Of a stretch of DNA of 64,000 nt, positions 52,301 to 64,000 are shown piece after piece. The stretch covers positions 7,874,001 to 7,938,000 of the forward strand of contig NW_026889811.1 in NCBI RefSeq assembly GCF_033153115.1, written 5' to 3'. A program made the position numbers and the translations under genes. Within the stretch, counting starts at the first letter, position 1. The number at the start of each line of letters is the position of its first letter. The notes below the pieces were generated by a model that was not told where the DNA came from, did no database searches, and saw nothing but the letters and a program-made list of their open reading frames with translations. This DNA is from Saccostrea echinata (Eukaryota).

Positions 52301-55300
52301 GTCTTAAACAGCCAAGGAAATATTCATCCCTCAGCTCAGAATGCTTTTGCTGTCCAAGTTCTAAACCCGACTTTGACACAGGCAAAGCTACAACAGCCTA
52401 TCTCTGCAAATGAACTTGTAAGTAAACATATTTAATTTTTAAAAAACACATATTTACAAGATTCAAGGAAGACCCTATTAATTTTGAGGTCAAAAGTCAT
52501 ACACTGCATAAATGATATTCAAATGATAAGTTAAAGGGGCCTAGACACAGAAGTTTGTATTTTCTCAAATTTTCTGTATAACATCATGACTTATATAAGT
52601 CATATAATATACAGAAAATTCGAGAAAATATTAACTTCAAATCTGTGGAGACGAAAATTTATATCAAAACTTTCTACAACTTAAACAAGTTCTCTATTGA
52701 TTTTGGGGTCAAATGGCCAAAGGTCAAGGTCAGAAATTCATGTTTTGACTTAAAGAGGACCCATATTTGTTTTGAGGTCAAAGATCAAGTCACAAAGTAT
52801 AAAGTAGTTTCAAGATGAAAGCTTTAGATTTGTTTAAGCTTTTGCAATGAAACCTAAGGTGATGATTTTCTATCATTTTCTAAGGACCCCTATTGATTTG
52901 AGGACAAAAAAATGAAAGGTCAAGGTCAATTCTTCTTTTCCTTCTTGATCTGATGCTGTAAAAGTAGTTATTTACACTGGATGTTAAGTACGCGTTTGTG
53001 ACTGTCAAACATTACGCGTGGGTGTAATATACGCGGTTGCACGAGTTGCCGAGAAAAATTTACGCAGCCATCGTAACTAACATCGAGTTGTTCCCCTTTG
53101 AAAAGGTCAAAAAATTTATACGCATGAATAAGAAAAAATGAATTAGAAATAATAAGAAACAAACTAAACAAAAAGAATTTATACTGTTGGATTGCTAAAT
53201 ATAATGGGCGATCTGCAGTCAAAAGCGGTGAAGTGTGAACAACTGGTGTACGCTGTATTGTAATTATTTATGCAAGCTCAAACTTCAAAGTGGGATCTAT
53301 TCTTACCTGTATCTTAGTAGCGAGTGTTGACATATAATTCAATAGGAATGTTTGTAGTGACTCTGAGTTTGTGTAACATTTTAGGACTAATTATTTGAAA
53401 TTAAGAGGGACGTACACATACATACAAAGGAAATGAAAATGAGTATCGATATTTTGAAGCTCTTTGTTGCGTGACTTTGCTTTAAAATATTTAATACGAT
53501 GATGCCCTTTTCATTGCACATGTACAATTTAGATAAAAAAATTACGATTTCATCACTGTTTGTGATGTAATTATCTACTCATGTGCGTTCAATACATGTA
53601 CCACTATTAATATACATGTACGACTGGTTCGACAGGTCTAACAGTATTAGTAATATTCCCAGAATGATTCCAAAACTTTGAAATTTTGTGACCATTCGCA
53701 CGGGGGTATTTTACGCGGTTCTAAGCTTACCGCGTAAGTAGTGTAAATTTCCCCCACGCTTAAATAACCACTTTTACAGTATTTTAGGTCTTCAGTCCTC
53801 TTGCAGAGAACATTAATTTTATGAATCAGCTTGATATATTTTTACACAAATACTGACAATATTTTCTTCAACATTAAAAGAAACACCATCATATTTGAAA
53901 ATTATCACACTAATGGTAAAATTATTTAATAACCCTTAACTTTGTTGCTTTTTTAAAAACAGATATTACCTACGAATGTTGAGGTTCAAGGCTTTATCCC
54001 AACATTTGTGTCAAATGAATGGGTTATGGGAACAGAGCTACAAGTTCCTACCAACAGCATCAGTATTCCATCAGTTGCTGGAGTGTATGACAAGACTATT
54101 CATCTACCAACCCAAACAATCTATGGGGATGGTAATTACTCACCTGTAATGACACCCACTTGTAATGTAGCAACAACCGGACTATCAGCTGACTATCTCC
54201 AGAGATGTTCTGCTGTACAGCTTGTAAGTTTTTCTATTTTCTATTTTGTTAATGTCTTAATTAATGTATTTGTTGAGCTGAAAGTCAATAACATTGTCAA
54301 CAAAAGAAATATGAAATATTTTTTATATCAGGAATCATGGAGTGTGAGCCCACAGAGTGTACCCACATTTGTGGCACCAATGGAGGCACAAACAAAAACT
54401 AGGCCAAAAAAGTCAAAGAAAAAGACTCCTACAAATGTCTCTCAAAGACAACATGCAAATGCAGAAATGGGAAAACAAACTTCCAACAGTTCAATGGCAA
54501 AAGGTAGTAGAAATCTGTCTAAAATGGAAGTGAGACCCATGCAGCAGACCACTGGGGGACAAATGGAAGCAACACTGCATCAGACTCAGAGTCAGAATTC
54601 TGCCCCAAATTCTGTAACTCAGAAAGGTGGCAAGGTAATTCAAAAGAACATTAAAAATAAATCCTGATTCTTACAAGATTAATTGCGTGGATTTGTGAGT
54701 TGCGCTTTATTTTATAGAAGGGAGTCAAACGCATTGTTGTTCCACCCAAAGTTCAAACAGATCCAGTGGAATATCCTCCATATGTTGCCAGAATTATGAG
54801 GATCCTGAACAGACAAAAACAGGTAGGTGTAATAAATATCTGATATCAATCTATATATTTAATAGAAGTCAAGAAGAATAAATGAGTTTTGAAACCTGTT
54901 TAAATTTTTGTGATGGATGGTTTCAGGGTCATGGGGAATCTACTGATGATAAAAAAGAAAGTGTTGATTCCACTCCAAAACAAATGACCACTGCTGGTAG
55001 AAATGATGAGGACAGAACTGATTTTACTCCTAATCAAGCTACTACTGCTGACAAAAAAGTAATTGACACTGTGAACTCAAGTCTTAAACAAAAGGGACAA
55101 CAAAGTGTTGTATCAAGAACTCCTGTGCCATCAAAGCAGTCTGCCCAGGAACAAAAGGTAAAAAAAAAAACGTAGAAAAAATATAATTTAATGTGTGAAA
55201 GAACATACAATATTTCCAAGATCTTGAAAAAAAAGTAAAATATGTTAAATAATTTCAGCATAAGTCCTTGTCTGGTAGTACTGTCCAGAAGGTCATTGAG

Positions 55301-55709
55301 AAATGTAGCCAGTTGAAATCTGGGTCCAAACAAGAGCCATTGTCTATTAGAAAGGTACTTTAATTTTGCTCACATTTTGTTGAGATAAGATTGTTTATGA
55401 CAGAATTGGCCTGATACTGCTTAAATTCATTATGTGCAAAACTGTCCCAAAATGTATTGCATACATTTTGCTTTTGTTGTTTTTATTAATTATTACAATT
55501 TTCATCTGGGATAAGAAAACTGAATAATTATACAATATGTTTAACAGACACTCCCAGAGAACTACAGACCAGTGGTTAACACAACCCTGTTGTTAGATGA
55601 CTTGTTACCTGACAGTTTTACTCTGTTGGAAGCAGACAATTTCTATGGACCAGAGATTCTTGTCACTTCTGACTCTCACTGCTTTGTGGCGTCTGTGCCT
55701 TTCTTCTAA
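49341..55709 (+). CDS. Uncharacterised ~604-aa Q/S/T/P-rich, probably disordered protein; 11 coding exons
   Basis: Open-frame GT-AG exons 49341-49364, 50353-50460, 50740-50838, 51081-51239, 52151-52417, 53963-54223, 54332-54634, 54718-54822, 54927-55157, 55259-55354, 55548-55709 (TAA). AATAAA at ~56062. No family recognised. Exon 1 is the least certain. Confidence 0.75.
52956..53779. mobile_element. Tc1/mariner-like non-autonomous element in intron 5 of the orphan gene
   Basis: CTGTAAAAGTAGTTATTTA ... TAAATAACCACTTTTACAG|TA. Confidence 0.65.
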
Positions 55710-58700
55710 CTGGACAATAGAGACTTCTGAATGTGGAGAGTGTGGACATTTAGTGATGAAACATTTTCTTAGTGAAATTACAACCGCAGTCTTTCATTAA
55801 AAACTTCTGTGATAATTATTTTGAAAGGACTTTCAATTTATTTTATATTTTTTGATCCCAATTGATTTCAGGCATATGACCTCTATATGGGATCAACATT
55901 TTATTTAAGAGCACATAGGCCATTATAGTATGTGTATTGTAATTCAGTGCTTTTAAATTCCTTTTTTATGATCATGTGCCAAATGTTTTTTTTTTATTTC
56001 TTGAATTTAAAAATTTCTGCATGTTTAAAAATCAATTGTGTTGGTAATTGTTATTTTTGCAAATAAAATTGCATCTTTTTAATATGGTTTTTTTATTGGA
56101 TAGTAGACTTTCATCAAACCTTGGCTGATTCAATATTTCCATCTGTATATAACAATGAAGCCCGAATCTGAAACAAGAGATAGCATGACTGAACTGTAAG
56201 AATGACATTTGTACACATTCTTTATCCCAGGTTTTTAAAAAATGTTATTACATTAAAACACAGAATTAAGTTTTGGTACAATTTCTCATGAGTACTAGTA
56301 ACACTTTATAATGTAAAACAGATTTCTCTTATGCTGAAAAATGACACATTTATAGCAACGAGGACTAATCAAAGAATTTCTATACTTCATACATCCTATG
56401 CAATAACAAAGAACAGTTTGAAAAGAACTCGTATTAAAAATAAATTCAAGGGAATTTTTTTGGGTGGGTTGGTGGTGGTGTCAATATCCAATCAAAAAAT
56501 CAAACTCAGAAATTCTATGACCAGGAAAATAAGGGTAGATATATGTATAATATTTTAGATATTACAGATTAAAGGAAAAATTAAAATTTTTTTAAAAAAA
56601 TCTATTGTGTGTATGTGTGTGTTGTGGGGGGGGGGGGGGGGTCATTATAACAACTTCTTATGTCATACGTACGACTTATACGACTTAGTGTATGTTGTAA
56701 ATACGGCTCATTACTGTATATCGTTGTTGCATTAAAATATCCTTAGTACATGTATCTCATTATAACGACTTAAATTTTTCTATTAAGTGTGTACATTAAT
56801 TAGTATGTATAAACATTAAAAGCAAGGAATTTGATCCATTTTATTCTCTGATTATTAATTTAACTATAATGTTAAACGTTGTTCGTTTTATTGATTGACT
56901 GGGTTTTTCAAGGAAAAACTGTCTTAAATGGCCACTTTCCAAACTTTCCTAAGGTGGCCTCTTAAAACAGGTTTGACTGTACTCAATTTAGTTTAAAATT
57001 ACAAAAAATTCCAATTAAAAATTATATATAATTGAGTTACATGTATGCTCACTCCTCCATGGTACCTGATCCCACCTCTGATGTTTGGAGGTCCGTGTTT
57101 GCTCTGCTCCTATTTTGTATTGTTTAATGGACTTTTGAGCTTGAATACTGTTCGTTATCTCCATATATTTCATGTAGGTTATACAACAAACAGACTGCAG
57201 AATACATAGATCTAGAGATATGTCATGTATAGTAATCAGTTGTTTCGAATTATTTTTTTAGTTGCTTGATACACTTTGTCCAGTTCATGTAGAACAAATA
57301 CCAATGCTGTTTTCAATTTTGATAATCTTCCCTGACTGAAAATAGCTGGAGCAAGCTGATCATGCAGCACGGACCAAGAGTATCAAAGTGCTGTGAAACT
57401 GAAAGAATAGTTTTCGGAAAGAAATATGGTGGATATCAGCGAGTGGGTATGAAACAGGTCCTACAATAATGAATTTATTGAGTATTCAAGAATTTACCAG
57501 CGGAACCAATATCAAGGTTTGATGTCTGTCAGATATTGAAAAGACAGTATCTTCCGATATCAAGCGTATTTTGACCCTTGACATTGTGACCTCAAAATCA
57601 ATAGGAGGTCATCTACTCTTCAGGGGGCATAAGTGTACCAATTATGTCTGTCGAGAAATGGGTTCTCAAGATATTGAGCTGACAACCTTGGGGAGGGGAG
57701 GGGGGGGGGGGCAAAATAGTGGAAAAACCAAAACTGCAGGGTGTAACAGACACAAAGCTGCATAATAAACACAGTCCCAGATAGCAAGACTACATCGGGC
57801 CAACGTTGGTTGATGGTTGGTAGGTTGGTATAGTGTTGGCGTTGGGCGGTAAATGTTGGCCCAACATAGGCCCAACGGATGATATGCTGGCGTGAAAGCT
57901 GGTCCATCGGTGTTGGGTATGCGATGTTGGGCCAATGTTGGTCCATTGTAGTAAATGTTGGCATGAAACGATGACCATTATATGTTGGGCATTTGATGTT
58001 GGCCCAACGTAGGTCCAACCAAGTAGGTGTTGGCTTAAAACAAAGCCACTAGCTGTGTGTTGGGATGTAATGTTGGCCCAACATAGGGTCAACCAAGTAA
58101 TGTTGACATGAAGGCACCGTGTAATTCATGGACTGGAGGCATGGAGTGGAGTTATGGAGTGGAGTTTGGAGTGGAGTTTGGAGTCAAATTTTGGAGTCTG
58201 ATTTTTTTTTAATTTGATTTTTGCTATTTAGAACAAAATTCTTCAGGTGACAACTCTGTAGTCTTATAATTATCCCTTGTTGCTATACAGTACCAGCAAT
58301 TGCAACGTGTAACATAACTCCTGTTACTAAAATTAGGTTACAAGTATCTTGTTGAATCACCTTAAAATCTGTTCAAAAACAGACAAATAATGTTTCTTGC
58401 TACTTTTTTAGATGGTGTCATTCATGCCCGTTTGATACTCCGTAATCCATTTTAAGGTATTTTTCTGCTCCTTTGGCCTGAAATTTTCCAATTGTTTAAG
58501 CAAATATATTCTTTGTTGCAATATCCCCAAAATAAGAGTTACTGAATGTGAGCTTTACGTTGATCAATCTTGGTATAAATATCAGATTTAATTTGTCTTA
58601 CTGATGTATAGAATAAAGATATAAAATTCTTCAGGTGACAACTCTTAAGTATTGTTATATTACCGTGTTGCTATTAGAAGTGATGCGTGTGTTCCTTGGA

Positions 58701-58740
58701 AAAGTGTAGATGAACATTTTAGTTCATATTTCTGTAACTT

Positions 58741-59479
58741 AAAACTAGAAATATTCCATAGGACATGAATGCCCCGTCCAGTGTATATTAGTAATGCAAC
58801 ATGAAAATTTGTATCAGTGTATGAAGTTTGAAGTGAATATCTTGAATAGTTTCTTTAAAATTGAAATTAAAATCTAAAAAAATTGGATATAGATGATAAA
58901 TTCTCACCAAATTATGTATAAGTGCATAAGCTTATGCATAAAAATATCTTAAATGTTTTTTTTAAAACTAAGCAAAATGCAAATTAAAGAAAAGCGAGGT
59001 CAAGGTCACAGGAAAGCCTAAGGTTAAAATATTTCATATAAGTATCAGCATATTAAGTTTGATAAACATATCTTGAATGGTTTATTTAAAATTGAGCTGA
59101 ACATTATTTATAAGAAAAGTGAGGTCAAGGTCAAAAGAAAGGTTAAGGTCAAAAATTGTTAACATCACTATGTATCAGCATATGAAGTTTGATTACACTA
59201 TCTTGAATGGTTTCTTTAAAACTGAGCTAAACACTAATTTAAGAAAAGCAGGTCAAGGTCAAAGAAAAGGTCAAAGTCAACAAATGTTTACACAATTAAA
59301 AAGCTATCACCAATACCTATCAACATATGAAGTTTTATAAAAAAATATCTTGAATAATATTTTTGAAACTGAGCTTTGAACTGAGCTAAATGCAAAGCTT
59401 GACGGAAGGAAAGAAGGACGGAAGACAGACATGACAAACTCAATATGCCCCGGCCATATTCATAGCGGGGCATAAAAAA
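58741..59479 (-). mobile_element. Second-family HINE-like element nested in the MULE
   Basis: AAACTAGA...ATGCCCC end, ~115-bp internal repeats with GGTCAAGGTCA, (GGAA/GGAC)n microsatellite, ATGCCCCG...CGGGGCATAAAAA end. Confidence 0.6.
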
Positions 59480-60631
59480 TATTATGAAGTAGACTAGTGG
59501 TATGCTTTTTTAAATGTTTATTTGAATTATTAAAAAATATCAATTTTGATGATTTTTCATGATACTCATTAATCAAATTTCTTAGTAATATTAATTAGAG
59601 CTTTTTTCACAACCAAATTTATACTTATGAAAGACATTGTATCAGTCGTATTTAAAAGCTTATGTTTTAGGATTTGAGATAATAACAAATATTCATTAAG
59701 ATATTGATTGTTAGAACAAGTCAGTCGAAGATCACATTATCTAGCTATTACCTTAATCTCAGGATTGATATTATATTAATGTTAATCTTTATTTAGACAG
59801 ATTAATCTTCTGGTCCAACTCTTGAAGTTAAATCTTTTCCCTCGCAAATGAATTACCTATAATTAGTGTACTTTAATGAATAACATACTGATGTGAATAA
59901 ATGGGTCTGTTATAATTGCCTAACACTGCCTGCATGCTCTTGTATAAATGACTCTTGACAGATTATGTGGGACATACAGTGGCTGCATCAAATTCCCGCA
60001 AATTTTTTTCAGATAAGGTCATGGGTATTAATTTCACTCTCATTGTCAAAAAGTGTGTTATCTAAAACAGTGACAGTTTATTCTATGTTTTAATCAAATT
60101 TAACTGTTACATAAATGATGATCACCATAGCTTTCAACACATAATTGGAAGGTGATAAAACCCTTTGAATTAAATTTTAGCTTTCTGTCACATCTTTGTT
60201 ATGTCTGCTAAAACGTTTATAGGCTTTTGACCACACAGCTGAACAATGTGGGTTAATATATCGTTACAAGGTTGTTTGTAGAATAAGATTGATGATTTTT
60301 CTCTCTATATAATTAACTGTAGATATGAAACCATCAATTTTGTATCTTGAAATGTGAATTAAAAAAAAGATTATCAATAATTCACATACATTAACTTAAA
60401 TAATTCAATAATATTATGATACTGTAATATGAATACAATACATTGGTGACTCACAATTTTTATCAATTTAGAAGTTAATGGGAAGGAATGCACTGTGATG
60501 CTTAAGTTAAGGGATGATAATATTTGTATAAACTCCCATATGATGCAATGATTTTAATGCACATGCTGTTCAAGTTAATTCAACACTACATCACATACTC
60601 CAAAATTAAAAGGTCATCGTTCACTGTTTAA

Positions 60632-60968
60632 GGACATACGCAACGTACCTTACCTACTGATAATTTTTCAAGATATTCTGAATTTAAGATTATAGTGCCA
60701 TCAGATGTTCATAGACAAAAAATCAGCATGCATTACCAGGGGTTTCGAAAAGATATCAATGAAATTTCTTGTATAATTTAAAGAAAAATATACAAAAATT
60801 ACTAAGCATATATTCTCGGTGTTTTGTTTATCCAAACTTGTTTTAGAAGAAGTGTACAACAGCTAGCATATTTAGACATAAAAATGTAGCAAACAGTTCC
60901 TTCAAGTATTGAAACTCTTCAACTCCAGGAAAAAACACAATAAAGTTCAAACTACGTTACGTATGTCC
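60632..60968. mobile_element. Kolobok-like TTAA MITE (copy 2), nested in the MULE
   Basis: TTAA|GGACATACGCAACGTA ... TACGTTACGTATGTCC|TTAA. Confidence 0.85.
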
Positions 60969-63669
60969 TTAATCAGCATCTCTGAAACTGGGTGTGAGGA
61001 TTCTGGCTTTTCTCTATGAGCCAGTGTAGTCTTACATAGCTTTCACTATCAATTAGAAAACTGACAATTTATTCAATGTTTAATAAAGATAAACTGGAGT
61101 AAAAACAATTAACACATTGCTTTCACTTGAAGTGTGATATGACCCATAATTGATTTGTTGATTTTGAGGGTGAGGGAGTGACAACCAAAGGAAAAGGGAG
61201 AGAGATTAGTATGGTAATTGCTATGTCGCTGAAGTAAGGGAGTGAGTGAACCTTTTAGTACTAACACCATATAATAGTGGTATAAAGTGTGAAACTTATT
61301 TTAAAACTGATTATAATTTCTTTTTTTTTATTTAACATGGAAGTAATGAATAGGTGAGTGTATATACTGATACTTATAAATTGATTTAAACACTGAACCT
61401 AATAGCTCTTGAGAGGTTTGTTAACACATCGAATAAAACTGTAATAAAACAATCAGTAAGACCGACTATATCTGATGATTAATTATATTCAACTGTTTCC
61501 AAACATTTTAAAGAACATGGGTTATCTTGTCAGTATCATGTCTGTCTATTCAATACTGATGTAATTTTCTAAAGTTACAAATACTTACTTAAGTACTTAC
61601 TTACTTAAGTTTCAGAAACTTACAAATTTTAATTAAGTCAAAGTACCTACGAATTTTCTGTTTAGTACAAGACAAGAAACAGCAAACAAATGTACAAAAA
61701 AAAAAGAATTAAAGACTTTCATACTAATGCAATTTCCTGAACATCTTTTTCCATTCATGTTTTGAAAAAAAATATTAGACTCCAAAATTTGACTCCAAAC
61801 TCCACTCCAAACTCCACTCCATAACTCCATTCCATGCCTCCAGTCCATGAATTACACGGTGCCTGACATGAAACACATGAAATGTGTGTTGGGCATGAAA
61901 TGTTGGTCCAATGTTGGCCCAATGTAGTAAATTTTGATTATAATGAGGTATTGATATGGCTTTCAACGTTGGCCCAGCGTTGGTTCAACGGAGTGAATAT
62001 TGGGATAAAATCAATTTTCATTCACATACATGTTGGTGATCTGTTAATTACACATATCAAATTTGTATCTTTTAGAACCAATTAAGCTTCTTTCAATAGA
62101 GACATCTCATCTTTCGTTAAAATATTATGAACAATGGATTATCTTAATAATTTATTAATTTATTAATAATTTACAGTGTATGTGTTAATAAAAATGAAAA
62201 ATTAATCCAGTACCTAATTTATGAAAATAAGATTTTTAATAATTTATGTTTTTAATTTGTGTCCGAGACCATTGCAAATACATGTAGAAAGTTATTCTGC
62301 ATAGTATATAATTTTGTAGATTCTATATTTAGCATCATGGAACTTAAAGTGCTGAATTTTAGAGCTCCAAATAATTAGGTCAGTGGTGAAATCCACTGGC
62401 TCAGCAGGTGACTGGCCGGTTTCCTAGGAAACAGGCATCCTAATCAGCTCTGTTTCGTAAACTCGGAGTGGTCACATCACTTGCAACACTTGAACAAAGC
62501 ATATACATGTGCGTGTCCGTTTTGAATCGCAAGACAGAGAAAATGGATTGTTTTAGCCCTTGAAATGTAAGTATAGTCATTTTAGGTGTGATTGATAGAA
62601 TTTTATCTCTGTGAAAGTTTTAACTTGAGCATATAGTTTGTAAAATTGAACAAGTTATTCAAGAATTGCAATTTTCAAAATATGCATGTATATTTACTAG
62701 TAATCTCTTTAAGTTATAACTTATAAGTAGTAAGTGACATCATTTTTGAACGGATTAAACTGATATATTTTTTCATATCATTTATAGCATCTGGTGGGGA
62801 GAAAACCCTTTGTGTTACAAGACCATTGATGTTTGGAATGTAATGGACAGTGAGTGATTTATCTCAATTATCAGTGTGAGAGACATGGATTTTACAGACA
62901 AAGAAACAATAACATGAACAGGAAAAAAGGAGTGAATGGTTCAGAAGTAATATGGGCAGGAGAACATATCCAAAGTTTCACAAATTTGAACCCTGGGACT
63001 CTTATTCTAGAGGAATATTATATAGTGACTGAAGTGATATGGGGTAGACTTAAGAAAACATTGAACTACCTTTATTTCCCTCTGTTGATTTTATTCCATA
63101 GGAGTGACAAAAAAATAGAACATTTGTTTGAGGAACAAGATAATTTACCATGCAGGATTTATTCAATCAATTGTGTTTTACTCGTAATTATGGAAATAAA
63201 AAAGTTACAGGAATTCATATTGTTGAACTAAAATAATTCAATCGCCGATCATTTCCCAACATGTTTATAGAACGTAGGGCCAACGTTGGTCCAACATTCA
63301 TTCTTAGCTTTTAAAAAACATTGAACCAACATTGGGCCAAGAGGAAGTTAAACGTTGGGCCATTGTTGGGCCAATGCCAGATAACCAACCATGAATGTTG
63401 GCCCAACGTCGAGCCAACATGTTGGCTGAACGTAGGGCCGATGAGCAAGATGATGTTGGGCCAACGCATAAAACTGACAGAGGGCCAACGCAATTTTCAC
63501 CGTTGGGCTTGCGTTGGCCCAACGTAAGCTTGCTATCTGGGGTAATGGATAACACCGAGCCAAAAGACCACAAAATGAGAACCAGTGCGAGTCAACACTT
63601 TTAATTCTAATTGACCTGTTCTTTATGTAATAAATAGGTTTTAAAATGTTTAAGTTTATATTAGTTTAA

Positions 63670-64000
63670 GGACATACGCAACGTACCTTACCTACTGATA
63701 ATTTTCAAGATTATCTTATTGTAATTTAAGATTATAATGCCATCAGATGTTTGTAGACAAAAAATCAGCATGCATTACCAGGGGTTTTGAAAAGATATTA
63801 ATTGATGAAAATTCTTGTATAATTCAAAGAAAAGTATACAAAAATTGCTAAGCATATTTTCTAGATGTTTTGTTTATCCAAACTTGTTTTAGAAGTGTAC
63901 AACAGCATATATAGACATTAAGAGTAGCACACGGGTCCTTCAAGTATCGGAACTCTTCAAATCCAGGGAAAAGACAAAGTTCAAACTACGTTGCGTATGT
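63670..64000. mobile_element. Kolobok-like TTAA MITE (copy 3), cut by the window edge
   Basis: TTAA|GGACATACGCAACGTA ... TACGTTGCGTATGT. Confidence 0.85.

Larger units (their letters stand above)
58113..61863. mobile_element. Mutator-like (MULE) non-autonomous element with 87-bp TIRs and 9-bp TSD
   Basis: TGACATGAA|GGCACCGTGTAATTCATGGACTGGAGG... and ...CCTCCAGTCCATGAATTACACGGTGCC|TGACATGAA; TIRs contain TGGAG repeats. Confidence 0.85.
57776..63541. mobile_element. EnSpm/CACTA (CMC)-like non-autonomous element, 5.8 kb including nested inserts
   Basis: GT|CCCAGATAGCAAG ... CTTGCTATCTGGG|GT (13-bp TIR, 2-bp TSD); dense GTTGGCCCAAC/GTTGGGCCAAC subterminal repeats at both ends and at 61887-61990. 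Confidence 0.75.

Noticed and set aside
57045-57165. Fragment resembling a common oyster interspersed repeat end (CCTGATCCCACCTCTG)
   Set aside because: Too short and degenerate to classify from sequence alone.
57620-58092. Overlapping ORFs rich in W/A/N/G/P (also 63304-63604)
   Set aside because: Products of GTTGGCCCAAC subterminal repeats of the EnSpm-like element.

Overview
AT-rich, intron-rich animal genomic DNA. The Helentron/HINE elements carrying a ~166-bp satellite-like core point to a bivalve, most likely an oyster (inference from recalled repeat families). Five spliced protein-coding genes can be built with consistent GT-AG phases: (1) Acinus/ACIN1 (- strand, 11493 to beyond the left edge; SAP domain, 372-aa EAKEKAEK repeat exon, RS region, RRM); (2) VPS9D1 (+, 11756-23019), head-to-head with ACIN1 and containing a U12-type intron; (3) a canonical signal-peptide cyclophilin B (-, 34022-26501); (4) a divergent cyclophilin paralogue (+, 34304-40936), head-to-head with gene 3; (5) an unrecognised ~604-aa low-complexity protein (+, 49341-55709) whose 10 introns are all phase 0. 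Introns and intergenic DNA hold many non-autonomous DNA transposons (HINEs, TTAA-, TA-, TAA-, 2-bp-, 5-bp- and 9-bp-TSD elements), including a three-level nest at 57.8-63.5 kb. The best candidate for something undescribed is a non-TE-like regulatory region in a 2.75-kb ACIN1 intron: a repeated 32-nt hairpin with spacers, a UGGAUUGUU motif cluster, and a stop-containing cassette exon. Next best are the inverted cyclophilin pair with a remodelled active site and the all-phase-0 orphan gene. All models were read by eye with no database or transcript support.
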